Of a stretch of DNA of 64,000 nucleotides, positions 49,031 to 59,186 are shown one piece after another; positions within the stretch are counted from its first letter, which is position 1; each line of letters starts with the position of its first letter. The DNA is from Microgenomates group bacterium (GTDB taxonomy: Bacteria > Patescibacteriota > Microgenomatia > Daviesbacterales > UBA10151), in the NCBI GenBank assembly GCA_041659805.1, contig JBAZXP010000001.1, positions 128,589 through 192,588 on the forward strand, in the 5' to 3' direction. The notes under the pieces are model-generated. The model was not told where the DNA came from. It worked only from the letters and a program-made list of their open reading frames with translations, and made no database searches. Both the position numbers and the translations under genes were made by a program.

Positions 49031-49490
49031 CTACCTGTCCGAATATTTACCTATAAATGGTACAGGGAAATTTTCTTTTAAATATTTAATATACAATTCC
49101 AAATCATCTGCATGATCAAAAGCTATTTGATCAAAATCTGGAAGATTCTCTAAATCAAACCACTCTAATTCTTTAACTTCTTCATCACTTTCCCCTACTT
49201 TACTTTTTGCCTCAGCAATAAAAACAAACTCTATATTCTGACGCTCTCTTTCTGCTGGGCGGTCAGGATTATCTTTGATATGAAGTAATTTTAAATCACC
49301 AACTTCCCAACCACTCTCCTCTTTGACTTCTCTCCTTAAAGCTTGCTCAACAGTCTCATCTCTATTTAGAAAACCTCCAAGAAGTGCCCCTTTTAGCCAA
49401 CAACACCTTATTGTCTTTGACCACAATGGCATTAGTAGTAACATGCCTTAATTTTCCGGTTCCATTATCTTCAAAAGTACAGGTAATCAT
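49031..49490 (-). pseudogene. NUDIX hydrolase with a frameshift near 49392-49400 (homopolymer AAAAGGGG)
   Basis: N-terminal Nudix beta-strands (MITCTFEDNGTGKLRHVTTNAIVVKDNKVLLAKRG) lie in one frame, the Nudix box (LLGGFLNRDETVEQALRREVKEESG) in another. Confidence 0.5.
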
Positions 49491-49493
49491 GCT

Positions 49494-49727
49494 TTAAAAA
49501 CAAAAAATACTTCCGCAGGGTAAATCTCCATCTAAATACCATTTATTCTGGTATTTCACCATTTTAATTGTTTGACCGGTATTTACCTTACAAATTCCAA
49601 AATCTGCTTCTTTTTGTAATAGCTGAGTACACCCTCTAAAGGTATAGTAATCATCGAAAGTTTCATGGGCTTTTTGTACCTCAGTCACCCTATTTACTAA
49701 AGCCATAATCAAAAGTATTCCTATCAA
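49494..49727 (-). CDS. Small hypothetical protein with TM helix and Cys residues
   Basis: ORF only. Confidence 0.25.
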   Translation of the reverse strand: MIGILLIMALVNRVTEVQKAHETFDDYYTFRGCTQLLQKEADFGICKVNTGQTIKMVKYQNKWYLDGDLPCGSIFCF

Positions 49728-49838
49728 AATAATAATTAATATTTTTTTCTGGTAAAAAATTTCATTTGTTAAATAATACTACAATATTTCCATTTGCCTA
49801 AATCAGAGTGATTAGTTTAGAATTGGGAAAAGAAACTT

Positions 49839-50360
49839 ATGGATATAAAAACTTTCATTAGAGAAGTTCCTAATTGGCCTATTAAGGGTGTTAATTTTAA
49901 AGATATTACTACCCTATTACAAAATCCTATTGTGTTTAAACATGTTATCAATAAACTGGCTAAACCTTATCTAAAAACAAAGGTGGATAAGGTAGTTGGC
50001 ATTGATGCCAGAGGCTTTTTATTTGCCGCACCTGTGGCCTTCAAAATAGGCTCAGGGCTTTGTTTGGTAAGGAAAAAAGGTAAATTACCATATAACACAA
50101 TCGAACAAAATTTTAGTAAAGAATATGGTTTGGATGTTTTAGCTATTCACAAAGACACCATCAAAAAGAATGATAAAGTAATCATTGTTGATGATCTACT
50201 TGCAACAGGAGGCACGCTTTTGGCTGCCTGCAAGTTGGTAGAAAAATTAGGTGGGAAAATAGTAGGCATTAATGTTGTGATTGATTTGCCTTTCTTGGGT
50301 GGCAGTCAAAAATTAAAAAAATATAAAGTTAACAGTCTGATCCAATATGAAACAGAGTGA
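49839..50360 (+). CDS. apt: Adenine phosphoribosyltransferase
   Basis: PRPP-binding VIIVDDLLATGGTLLAA. Confidence 0.85.
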   Translation: MDIKTFIREVPNWPIKGVNFKDITTLLQNPIVFKHVINKLAKPYLKTKVDKVVGIDARGFLFAAPVAFKIGSGLCLVRKKGKLPYNTIEQNFSKEYGLDVLAIHKDTIKKNDKVIIVDDLLATGGTLLAACKLVEKLGGKIVGINVVIDLPFLGGSQKLKKYKVNSLIQYETE

Positions 50361-51093
50361 AATTATTGTAGGTATTATCGGAGGATCAGGCATGGATGAT
50401 CCTCAAATTTTGGATAAACCCCAAACCCAGGTTATCTCTACTCCTTTTGGAAAGCCTTCAGACAAATTATTAACCGGAAAAATCAATGGCAAAAAAGTAA
50501 TTATTTTACCCAGACACAATAAAAAACATTCTCTTAATCCCACCAATGTTCCCTACCGGGCTAATATCTGGGCTTTGAAAGAGGTGGGCTGTACTCATAT
50601 CCTGGCTACCACTGCTTGCGGATCTTTAAAAGAAAAATTTGTCCCAGGAGATTTAGCCTTCCCTAATCAATTTATTGATTTTACCAAACTAAGAAACTTA
50701 ACTTTTTTTAACGATAAGGTTGTTCATACTGCTATGGCTGATCCGTTTGACAAAGATTTAAGACTGAAGCTAGCAGAAACCGCCAAAAAATTGAAATTAA
50801 AGCACCATAAGTCAGGCACTATTATAACTATTGAAGGACCCCGTTTTTCCACAAGAGCTGAATCAAAAATGTTTCAACTACTGGGCGCAGATTTAATCAA
50901 TATGTCCACAGTTCCTGAGGTTATTTTAGCTGCTGAACTTAATATCCCATACCAATCAATTGCCATGGTAACTGATTATGACTGCTGGAGGGAAGGTGAA
51001 GAATCTGTTTCTTTTGAGATGATTTTGGAAAGAATGAAAGAAAACACAGAAAAAGTTAAAATACTCTTAATCGAAGTTATTAAGGCTATTTAG
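50347..51093 (+). CDS. S-methyl-5'-thioadenosine / purine nucleoside phosphorylase (PNP family 2)
   Basis: IVGIIGGSGMDD N-terminus and PNP/MTAP-family length. Confidence 0.75.
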   Translation: MKQSEIIVGIIGGSGMDDPQILDKPQTQVISTPFGKPSDKLLTGKINGKKVIILPRHNKKHSLNPTNVPYRANIWALKEVGCTHILATTACGSLKEKFVPGDLAFPNQFIDFTKLRNLTFFNDKVVHTAMADPFDKDLRLKLAETAKKLKLKHHKSGTIITIEGPRFSTRAESKMFQLLGADLINMSTVPEVILAAELNIPYQSIAMVTDYDCWREGEESVSFEMILERMKENTEKVKILLIEVIKAI

Positions 51094-51185
51094 TTTTCTT
51101 CCATCCCACAATTAAGGGTAAAATAAAAATTAAACAATAATATATAAACATCTATGAATTAAGTTACAATTTACTTTAAAATAGA

Positions 51186-52805
51186 GTGATGACTTACAGA
51201 AAAATTTTCCTTGGCGGTTTACTTATCCTTATTTTGTTGCTGATCAGAAATCCTTTTTCAGAAAACAATATTATTTCAAATTTAGAACCTTTTCCTGATA
51301 CGATCCATTATCTAAACGCCTCTTATAACTTAATCCATGGAAATGGATTTAAAATTATCCGTGAAGGAAGGACTTTAAATCCTGACGTACCACCCCTCTA
51401 CTCCCTAATACTCGCTCCAGCATTTTTGTTCCAAAATGATCCCAGGTTATTTTATTTGATAAATTCTTTTTTAGCTCTCGTTTCAGCAACTTTATTTTTT
51501 AAGATATTAAAAAATCTATTTTCAGATAAATATATCATCGGATTAATATTTTTTTTATTTGTGACAGATTATATCATTTATGCCTACCCCATGTTTCCCA
51601 TGGCAGAGAATCTGATCCTGCCACTTTTATTATTTTCAATATTATTGTTAATCAAGAAAATGAATGTCTTTAGTTTGTTTTTTGCCGGAATCGTCATTAC
51701 AAGTTTTTATGCAACGAAATACGTTTGCTTTCCCTTAAGCCTCATTTTTTTATTTCTATTTACATTAAAAATTCTCTTTATAAAAGAAAACGTACAAAGA
51801 AAAGCGCTCTATTCGCTATTGCTTACAACTTCAGCTCTAGTTCCTTTTATTATCCTCACGATTTTTGAGTCTTTGAACAAGGGAGTAAACACTTTATCTT
51901 ACCTAAATCATTTTACTGCCTTTATATCCACTTCAAAAACAACCATAGAAACCACTGCTACATCAAAATATTTTTCTTACCACAATTTTGATAATAATTT
52001 CATCCAATATCTGGCGGGGTTGGCGGGCGGCCCCATCCAATTACTGAATTTTAATATTACGATGGTGCCTTTCTTTGTCGGAATACTTGGTTTACCGGCT
52101 TTAATAATCGGATTAATCCGCAAACAAACAAGATTTATCAGCTTTAGTTTTTTACTTTTGATAATCCTTTTTTTATTGGCAATTTCCGACTTCTATTCCT
52201 TTGATGCCAGATATATTTTTTATATGGCTCCTATTTTACTTTTAGCCTTTGGCATTTTGCTGACTGAAGCTAAAAAATTTCTGGATAAAAATGATCCTAA
52301 ACCGCTTTTTTATATAGGTATAGCAATATTATTGCTTGTTTATTTATTTGCTTTTGGTAAGCAATTAATTAAGGATTCCACAAATGGTGATAAAGCATGG
52401 AATTATATTTATGTTTCAACTATGAATGGATATTTCACAAATGAAAAAATTACTAATTTTAAAAAACCAATATTAATAAGCGTCTTACCCCCTTATTATA
52501 TTGATTATTTTTCAAATAATAATTATTCGATATTACCTTTATTCCAAAATCTTGCTTTTTCAGGATCAAAAGAAGCATTGGATATAGTTTATGGTCAAAA
52601 TGATTATTCAGATTTACCGAAACTATTTCGTAATTACCTAAACCAGGGATATTCTGTTTACGTATCTAATTATGGAATGAACTCTTTCGCCATTTATGAC
52701 GCGCGCAGATTAGGTATTGAGAAATTAAAAGAAAAGTTCAATTTAACAGAGGTTGAAAATGGTTGTTATGGTTACTGTAATATTTACCAATTAGAACATT
52801 ATTAA
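51186..52805 (+). CDS. Large polytopic membrane protein, GT-C (PMT/ArnT-like) glycosyltransferase-like
   Basis: More than 10 TM helices with an N-terminal loop typical of GT-C enzymes; no firm motif. Confidence 0.4.
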   Translation: MMTYRKIFLGGLLILILLLIRNPFSENNIISNLEPFPDTIHYLNASYNLIHGNGFKIIREGRTLNPDVPPLYSLILAPAFLFQNDPRLFYLINSFLALVSATLFFKILKNLFSDKYIIGLIFFLFVTDYIIYAYPMFPMAENLILPLLLFSILLLIKKMNVFSLFFAGIVITSFYATKYVCFPLSLIFLFLFTLKILFIKENVQRKALYSLLLTTSALVPFIILTIFESLNKGVNTLSYLNHFTAFISTSKTTIETTATSKYFSYHNFDNNFIQYLAGLAGGPIQLLNFNITMVPFFVGILGLPALIIGLIRKQTRFISFSFLLLIILFLLAISDFYSFDARYIFYMAPILLLAFGILLTEAKKFLDKNDPKPLFYIGIAILLLVYLFAFGKQLIKDSTNGDKAWNYIYVSTMNGYFTNEKITNFKKPILISVLPPYYIDYFSNNNYSILPLFQNLAFSGSKEALDIVYGQNDYSDLPKLFRNYLNQGYSVYVSNYGMNSFAIYDARRLGIEKLKEKFNLTEVENGCYGYCNIYQLEHY

Positions 52806-52832
52806 AACGATGCTATACTCTAATAAGTATTC

Positions 52833-53549
52833 ATGGCTACCCTTAGCACAAAAATAATTGCCACAATAGGTCCTGCTTCTATCAAATTTCCTGTTTTCCA
52901 GGAATTGGTTGATGCCGGAATTGATTATATTAGAATTAACTCCAAATACGGGGACGATAGCCAGTATAATCTGATTTTGGAAAACCTGAAAAACGCTCAG
53001 CCTCAAAATAGAATTGAGGTTATTTTTGATATTAAAGAAATTTCCAAGCTGGATTATGCCTTAAAACATAATATTAAACATATTGCCCTATCCTTTACTG
53101 AACAAGCCAAACAGATTGAGGAAGTCAGAAAAATAATTCCCAATGCTTTTGTTATTGCAAAAATTGAATCAGAAAAAGGTGTGCAAAATTTTGATGAAAT
53201 ATTAAAATCATCAGACGGTATTATGGTTGCCCGGGGAGATCTATCAATCTCAGTGTCTTTTGAACAAGTTCCTCCTTTGCAAAAAGAATTTACCTATAAA
53301 ACTTTAAGGGAAGAAAAGTTTTTAATTACAGCCACAGAGATGCTGCTTTCCATGACAAATAACCCTGAACCAACCAGAGCAGAGGTGTCTGATGTGGCTA
53401 ACGCTGTTTTTGACCATTCCTCTGCAGTCATGCTATCTGAAGAAACAGCTATTGGAAAATATCCTGTGGAAACTGTCAAAATGATGAAAAAGATAATAGA
53501 AGAGGCAGCAGAATCAATTAATTATCTGGAAAAATTAAAGCAGTTTTAA
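52833..53549 (+). CDS. Truncated pyruvate kinase (TIM-barrel A domain only; lacks B-lid and C-terminal domains)
   Basis: KIIATIGPAS, IAKIESEKGVQNFDEIL…DGIMVARGDL, MLLSMTNNPEPTRAEVSDVANAV, SEETAIGKYPVE; only 238 aa versus ~470 for a full PK. Confidence 0.55.
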   Translation: MATLSTKIIATIGPASIKFPVFQELVDAGIDYIRINSKYGDDSQYNLILENLKNAQPQNRIEVIFDIKEISKLDYALKHNIKHIALSFTEQAKQIEEVRKIIPNAFVIAKIESEKGVQNFDEILKSSDGIMVARGDLSISVSFEQVPPLQKEFTYKTLREEKFLITATEMLLSMTNNPEPTRAEVSDVANAVFDHSSAVMLSEETAIGKYPVETVKMMKKIIEEAAESINYLEKLKQF

Positions 53550-53567
53550 AAAATAACTAAGATATTG

Positions 53568-53714
53568 CTAAGCCCTTCCCCTAATAAATCTAAGCAAAAA
53601 TACAATAATTGCTATAACTAATAAAACATGGATAAATGATCCTGCAATACCTAAAGAAAATCCACCAAGCCACATAATAAGTAAAACAATCGCGATGATC
53701 TCAATAGTTCCCAT
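53568..53714 (-). CDS. 48-aa membrane peptide (MGTIEIIAIVLLIMWLGGF…, lmo0937/DUF-type)
   Basis: Short ORF below the track cutoff, found by manual translation. Confidence 0.3.
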   Translation of the reverse strand: MGTIEIIAIVLLIMWLGGFSLGIAGSFIHVLLVIAIIVFLLRFIRGRA

Positions 53715-53736
53715 ATACTCACCTCCTTATTAATTA

Positions 53737-53952
53737 TTACTGTGTTTTAACATTTACGTTAATATCGCTGGGTACATTAATTTGCGGTGTTACCCCACCT
53801 GTTTGCACTTGACGTATGGCCGGAAGACCGTAAACATATCCAAGATATGCTAAAACAGCTATAACGACAAGAATAATAATCATTCCGATTGGTCCACCCG
53901 AATCATTTTGTGCTGGGGGATTGTTAATAATAGTTGCCATATTTAAATTCAC
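53737..53952 (-). CDS. Small membrane protein
   Basis: One TM helix. Confidence 0.25.
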   Translation of the reverse strand: MNLNMATIINNPPAQNDSGGPIGMIIILVVIAVLAYLGYVYGLPAIRQVQTGGVTPQINVPSDINVNVKTQ

Positions 53953-53966
53953 CCCCTCGAGTTTTT

Positions 53967-54425
53967 TTACTGAGTATCTACTTTTTCTTCGACTTCTTGA
54001 GGGGTGGTAGGCTTAATAAGCTGCATTAACTGCACTAAAGCATAGCCGATTAACGCATAAACTATCATGGCCACAAAGGTTGACCATTCCAAAATTGCTC
54101 CCTGGTCTGCACTTATCGCAAAAATCCCTCTAAAAGGCAGCGCTAGCGGGTCAGTGATCGTATAAAGCAAGCTTACAAATGTACTACTTATATCCGCCCC
54201 AAGCATTTTTAAGACTACTCTAAAGGTCAATAAAACCTCTATCACTCCTAAAATATACCAAATGACTTGATAAGTTCTAAAAATAGTTTTCTTTTGTGCA
54301 TAGGCTTTTTGTGGAGATTCTGGGTTAACGGCTGGTGGTGTAACAGTTTTAGTGGTTTCTGTAACTTCAACGGGAGCTGACTCTGAAACGGTAGTTACTT
54401 CTTTTGTAGTTTCTGTGTCGGGCAT
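53967..54425 (-). CDS. YggT family membrane protein
   Basis: Two TM helices with an LPFRGIF-type motif and an acidic, Thr-rich N-terminus. Confidence 0.5.
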   Translation of the reverse strand: MPDTETTKEVTTVSESAPVEVTETTKTVTPPAVNPESPQKAYAQKKTIFRTYQVIWYILGVIEVLLTFRVVLKMLGADISSTFVSLLYTITDPLALPFRGIFAISADQGAILEWSTFVAMIVYALIGYALVQLMQLIKPTTPQEVEEKVDTQ

Positions 54426-54503
54426 ATATTTAGTATATCACACATTTTCAAAGTCAACATATTAAACTTTTAAACTTTATTTAAACACTCTAATTTATAT
54501 TTC

Positions 54504-55652
54504 TTATCCTTTCTCCAAAATAAAATTATCAGTATCCTGGCTAAAACTGGCTGCTGCAATGATACTGGTGATTGGTACCGCCAAAATAAGCCCGATACTT
54601 CCAACCAGCGTCCTGATTATTTCACTTGCGATCATTTCATAATTGATGACTTCAGAAAAAGGATGCGGATTATTGATAAACAACAACAAAAGAGGCAAAG
54701 AGGCTCCTGCATAAACCAAAATTAAGGTATTCACCATTGAAGCAATATGGTCTTTGCCAATATCCATCGCCCTGCGGTACAATTCCTCCGGTTTCAACTT
54801 GCTGTTAGCTTCTTTTAACTGCTGAACAATCGCTGCCTGAGACACTGTCACATCATCCAACACTCCTAATGTACCAATAATAATGCCTGCCAAAAAGAGC
54901 CCCCGGATATTAATAGTTCCTTGTTTGATCGTTTGTAAAAAATTGGCTTCTTCAGAAATAAAACCTGTTAACTTGGCGGCTTCCACAAAAATATTGGCCA
55001 AAACCCCTGTTATAATCAAGGCAATAATTGTCCCAAAAATTGCGATAGTTGTTTTCCTGTTCCAGCCATGAGAAAGGTAAAAAGTAATTGGAATAATCAG
55101 CAATGACCCTAAAATAGAAATCAAAATAGGGTCTGCTCCTTCAGAAATTTTAGGCAGAATAAACATAAAAATAACCAGAAAAGATAACCCCATCCCAGCC
55201 AGCGAAGCAATGCCTTTCAATCTGCCAACAGCAAATGTTAAAGCAACAAAAATAAGCGCAAGCCAAAGTAAAGCTCCTCTCCGGATTTTATCTGTAATGT
55301 AAAATAAATCCTTATTATCCGGATCTTTAGTTTTTGTCACTACAACTTCATCCCCCGCCCCATACCTTTGAACATTAGCCATTGGCAAATTACCATTCTC
55401 TATCACAATATTCTGATCTTTTAAAGAACCCTGAGTAACAACTAATTCTAATTTTTGATAGAGCTGCTTTTGGCTGGAATCAGAAAGGCCGGGAACATCA
55501 ATCTCTTTTTCCTCCAAAACCTTAACCACTTGAGCCTCTAATCTTTCATCAGGAATAATAAATTCCTGAGCTAAAACAGGGCTTTGAGAGAACCAAATTA
55601 AAATAACAGCAATAACTGAAAATAGAAATTTTTTAATCACCGGATAGGACAT
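54504..55652 (-). CDS. YibE/F-like membrane protein
   Basis: N-terminal soluble domain then ~7 TM helices. Confidence 0.45.
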   Translation of the reverse strand: MSYPVIKKFLFSVIAVILIWFSQSPVLAQEFIIPDERLEAQVVKVLEEKEIDVPGLSDSSQKQLYQKLELVVTQGSLKDQNIVIENGNLPMANVQRYGAGDEVVVTKTKDPDNKDLFYITDKIRRGALLWLALIFVALTFAVGRLKGIASLAGMGLSFLVIFMFILPKISEGADPILISILGSLLIIPITFYLSHGWNRKTTIAIFGTIIALIITGVLANIFVEAAKLTGFISEEANFLQTIKQGTINIRGLFLAGIIIGTLGVLDDVTVSQAAIVQQLKEANSKLKPEELYRRAMDIGKDHIASMVNTLILVYAGASLPLLLLFINNPHPFSEVINYEMIASEIIRTLVGSIGLILAVPITSIIAAASFSQDTDNFILEKG

Positions 55653-55738
55653 CTAAAAATTATATCAATTATTAAATTTTTTAGTGCTGCCTAATAAAAA
55701 GTTGACTATTTTTAGGATGCAAGTTCAAGGCGAATTCT

Positions 55739-56656
55739 TTAGTAATTCCTTTTGCTTACAAAGGACCATAACTCCCTAATGTTAGGCAACATTGCCGCAA
55801 TTATTATAAATAAACAGCCCAAAAAGATACTTATGGAAAGGGTTTCGGAAAAGAAGATTACCCCAAAGACTACAGCAAAAATAATCTCCAGCAATCCAAC
55901 AACGCTAGCAATGCTAGGTTCTGAATACTTGAATCCCAAGACAACCAAAAAGAATGCAAATAAAGATGAAACTGCATATCCAAGTACTGCAAGCCAGGAA
56001 AGATTTAGTGATATCGGTATCCATTGCTCACCCAATATTTTTGACAAAATAATATGTGATGCAAATATGACTGCCCAAGTAAAGATGCTCAATTCCAATG
56101 GAGAATAAGTATCCGATACCTTTTTGGTAAAGATCACTTCTATACCAGCAGCGCTTCCTGCAATTATCGCGGCGGCAGCGGCAATTAGTGTACCTCCGGA
56201 AACAGAAAGATTAAATATTAATAACAATCCAACCATTGCTAAAATTAGAGCGGCTATTTTAATGGGGGTCATTTTTTCTCCGAAAGAAATTACCCCAAAT
56301 AAATACGAGACAATCGTTAGTGAAGCATAAAACATGAGGGTAGAGGGACCTATACCAATAATGTTAAAGGCATAAAAAATTGGCGCAACTGTAAAAGCAC
56401 CAGCTCCAGCATAAAGTGCAATCCACTTAATGTCCCCTTTCTTAACGGACTTAATTTGTTTGGTGATAAAAGCAATTGGGATAATTACAATTAAAATTAA
56501 TAAGCTCCTTGTCCATACCTGATAAAAGTTATCAAGCGATGTGCCTATTAATTTTGCCCAAATGCCATATGAACCAAAAAAGAAAGACGACAATAGAATA
56601 TAAAAACTTCCTTTGATCTGATTGTTGACGTTTAATCTATTTTTCATTACTGACAT
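55739..56656 (-). CDS. DMT superfamily (EamA-like) transporter
   Basis: 10 TM helices in two EamA-like halves. Confidence 0.55.
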   Translation of the reverse strand: MSVMKNRLNVNNQIKGSFYILLSSFFFGSYGIWAKLIGTSLDNFYQVWTRSLLILIVIIPIAFITKQIKSVKKGDIKWIALYAGAGAFTVAPIFYAFNIIGIGPSTLMFYASLTIVSYLFGVISFGEKMTPIKIAALILAMVGLLLIFNLSVSGGTLIAAAAAIIAGSAAGIEVIFTKKVSDTYSPLELSIFTWAVIFASHIILSKILGEQWIPISLNLSWLAVLGYAVSSLFAFFLVVLGFKYSEPSIASVVGLLEIIFAVVFGVIFFSETLSISIFLGCLFIIIAAMLPNIRELWSFVSKRNY

Positions 56657-56671
56657 TCTATCAATAATAGC

Positions 56672-57532
56672 TCAATTTAAGATTGTTAGGTAAATCCCTA
56701 ATATAACCATTAAGGCTGCTATTACTTTCTTTAATCCGTCTTTACGCTCACCTAAAAATAAATAAGCCACAATAACATTCAATAAAACGTTCGTGGCTTG
56801 TAAGGGAACTACTGTCGTAACACTACCTAATTGAAATGATCGGAGCGAAAAGAAGATTGTCAAAGCCCAAAATACCCCAGTTAATATATAATACTTACGA
56901 TCCTGACCATTAAATTCTGTCGCAACATCACTAATTTTTATTCTTTCACCAAAAACTATGAATAAAGCAGGGATAAAAAACGTGAGCATAATATAGATAG
57001 GTAAGTTAAACAGACCTGAAATTCCTATATCAACTGAAATTGCAGTAGCGAGAGCCACAGCAGCCAAAACTGCCATGCCAACATATTTGTTAATTTCAAT
57101 CTTCCCATTTGAGTATCTTAAAAGTACATTCGCCCCAATAATAACCGCTGCACCAAGCAATTTTGTAAATGAGAATGGATCCTTAAAGATTGCTATACCA
57201 TAAATAATCAAAAAAACAGTGTTTAACTGGTTTATTACTGTGAATACTGACACCTGTAAATGCTTTCGGGCTGTTGCTTGAAGTCGATCATTTAGTGCGT
57301 AAAATACACAAGCACCCGCCAAAAGCAAATACCACTTTATTTCGGTGGGAAACTTTATTGCAAAAAACGGGGCAAGAAATAAAACAGAAGTACCTGCTAA
57401 TAATTGTAGTGTTACGGCTGCTGCCCCATCTCTTTTAGCGTTTTTTACTGCGAGCTTGTAAAACTGAAAAAACAAAACAATAGATATTAAATATAAAATT
57501 AGATTTAATTGCCAGGTATTAAAAATATTCAT
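56672..57532 (-). CDS. DMT-like membrane transporter
   Basis: 10 TM helices. Confidence 0.4.
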   Translation of the reverse strand: MNIFNTWQLNLILYLISIVLFFQFYKLAVKNAKRDGAAAVTLQLLAGTSVLFLAPFFAIKFPTEIKWYLLLAGACVFYALNDRLQATARKHLQVSVFTVINQLNTVFLIIYGIAIFKDPFSFTKLLGAAVIIGANVLLRYSNGKIEINKYVGMAVLAAVALATAISVDIGISGLFNLPIYIMLTFFIPALFIVFGERIKISDVATEFNGQDRKYYILTGVFWALTIFFSLRSFQLGSVTTVVPLQATNVLLNVIVAYLFLGERKDGLKKVIAALMVILGIYLTILN

Positions 57533-57594
57533 TTGTGTTTCAGTGATAATTTAGAAGATTTAAGAGTTTTGTTTGGTCACTGTCCATAATTTGA

Positions 57595-57981
57595 TTACTT
57601 ATCATTAAAATAAACTTGCATATATGGCTCTATTTCTAATTTTAAGATTTCTTCTTTGGTTTCCCATCTAAAAGCTGTGTGTTCCTTACTTAAGATTATC
57701 TCTCCTCCCTCATCTTTTGATTCATAAAGCACAAATTGATGAGTGGGATTTCCTGTATTCAAAACATCAATATTAGTTTTTGCTATGACTTTTACAGCCT
57801 TGGCTTTTAAGCCTGTTTCTTCTAAAACCTCTCTTTCAACACCTAAAAAAGGTTCTTCCCCTTTTTCTAGTTTTCCTCCTGGAAAATCCCAAAACCCAGG
57901 AAAATTAACAGCATCTGGAGATCTTTTTAGAATTAAATATTTATCCCCTCTTTTAATCACAGCCTTTTGAACAATAACCAT
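57595..57981 (-). CDS. NUDIX hydrolase (MutT-like)
   Basis: Nudix box GGKLEKGEEPFLGVEREVLEETGL. Confidence 0.7.
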   Translation of the reverse strand: MVIVQKAVIKRGDKYLILKRSPDAVNFPGFWDFPGGKLEKGEEPFLGVEREVLEETGLKAKAVKVIAKTNIDVLNTGNPTHQFVLYESKDEGGEIILSKEHTAFRWETKEEILKLEIEPYMQVYFNDK

Positions 57982-58062
57982 ATCTAGGATTATACCAAAA
58001 TTTAATCAAGGCTTTTCAAAACTTTAGGTTCATGGCTCAAATCTGAGAAGAAATAGAAAAAG

Positions 58063-58569
58063 TTAAACTAAACCTTCTTCCTGTTGCTTCATAACTTCTT
58101 CCCTTAACTTCATCCATATTTTGCCTAGTTCGTTCCTTCCGTTTCTATCTTTCCCCCATCCCCAAAAAGCGTCTTTTGGGGAATCTTCAACGATCTCTCT
58201 ATCACCTGTTTGTAACAATTTATGCATGATATACGGATTTTGTTCTAATTTATGTCTCACTATGTCTTCCATCACTGCAACTTTCTTCTCATCCCAATCT
58301 TCAGGTGCTCTGCCTGTATTTGCTTTAGCAATCTTAAAAGCTTCATGTGCTGATTTTGCAACAAATATTTCCTCTACTAATTCAGGAGTAGTTTCAAAAA
58401 AGTGGGATGCCTGGTATGCATGTTCTGACGTCTGCCAAACTCGACCTTTCCACTCAACCTGGAAACTTGAAAAATTAGAGAAAACGTAAAACTCACGTTC
58501 ATAAAAGCCGACCACTTCTCCTGAGGTTTCAAGTTGTTGGTCTCTATTTTGATAAATGTTTTCTTTCAT
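58063..58569 (-). CDS. NADAR / YbiA (DUF1768) family protein
   Basis: FYEREFYVFSNFS…WQTSEHAYQASHF pattern. Confidence 0.65.
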   Translation of the reverse strand: MKENIYQNRDQQLETSGEVVGFYEREFYVFSNFSSFQVEWKGRVWQTSEHAYQASHFFETTPELVEEIFVAKSAHEAFKIAKANTGRAPEDWDEKKVAVMEDIVRHKLEQNPYIMHKLLQTGDREIVEDSPKDAFWGWGKDRNGRNELGKIWMKLREEVMKQQEEGLV

Positions 58570-58639
58570 ATATTTTTGGGTATATTAAGTGCCAACTGGC
58601 TCTAAATGTGAACGACATTAGAACCTATTCATAAGGTTT

Positions 58640-59029
58640 TTATATTTGAGGTAATCCTGTTCCTGCTGCAGTGTGAGTTCCACCTGTTTGACAATAATCA
58701 TTTATAACTAAAATTGGTTGAATAAGAGTTAGTGGATTATATGAATCACCTAGTCTGTCTTGAAGCTCTCCCATTAATTCCCGAGTATTAATTTGACCAT
58801 CTCTCAATAGCCTTTCAAGTATGATGATTTTAGAAGTTGTATCGTCTTCTAGGATTAGTCGTAAATCAGGATGTTGATAGCGACGGTCATCTTTTTCAAT
58901 TCTTCCTCTATATTCTGTGAGTTTTGCTGTAAGCTGTTCTCTTCGCTCTTCTGGAAGAACAATTGTTGGCCAGGGTCTAGGGGGACTATCTTCTCCTGCA
59001 TTCTTCCAAAGTTCTTGATCTTCAATCAT
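58640..59029 (-). CDS. Hypothetical protein
   Basis: ORF only. Confidence 0.3.
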   Translation of the reverse strand: MIEDQELWKNAGEDSPPRPWPTIVLPEERREQLTAKLTEYRGRIEKDDRRYQHPDLRLILEDDTTSKIIILERLLRDGQINTRELMGELQDRLGDSYNPLTLIQPILVINDYCQTGGTHTAAGTGLPQI

Positions 59030-59186
59030 ATTATATTGAGCAGAATTAAATGAATTATATAACTTATAAATTTAATGTCAACAAAAAATGATTGAGGTTA
59101 TTTTGCTCAAGAATTGTAACTCTACTATACCCACGCAATTGTCCTTTATTATCAAGGCTTTCTCTGATTTTAGCCACCTAAAGTCC

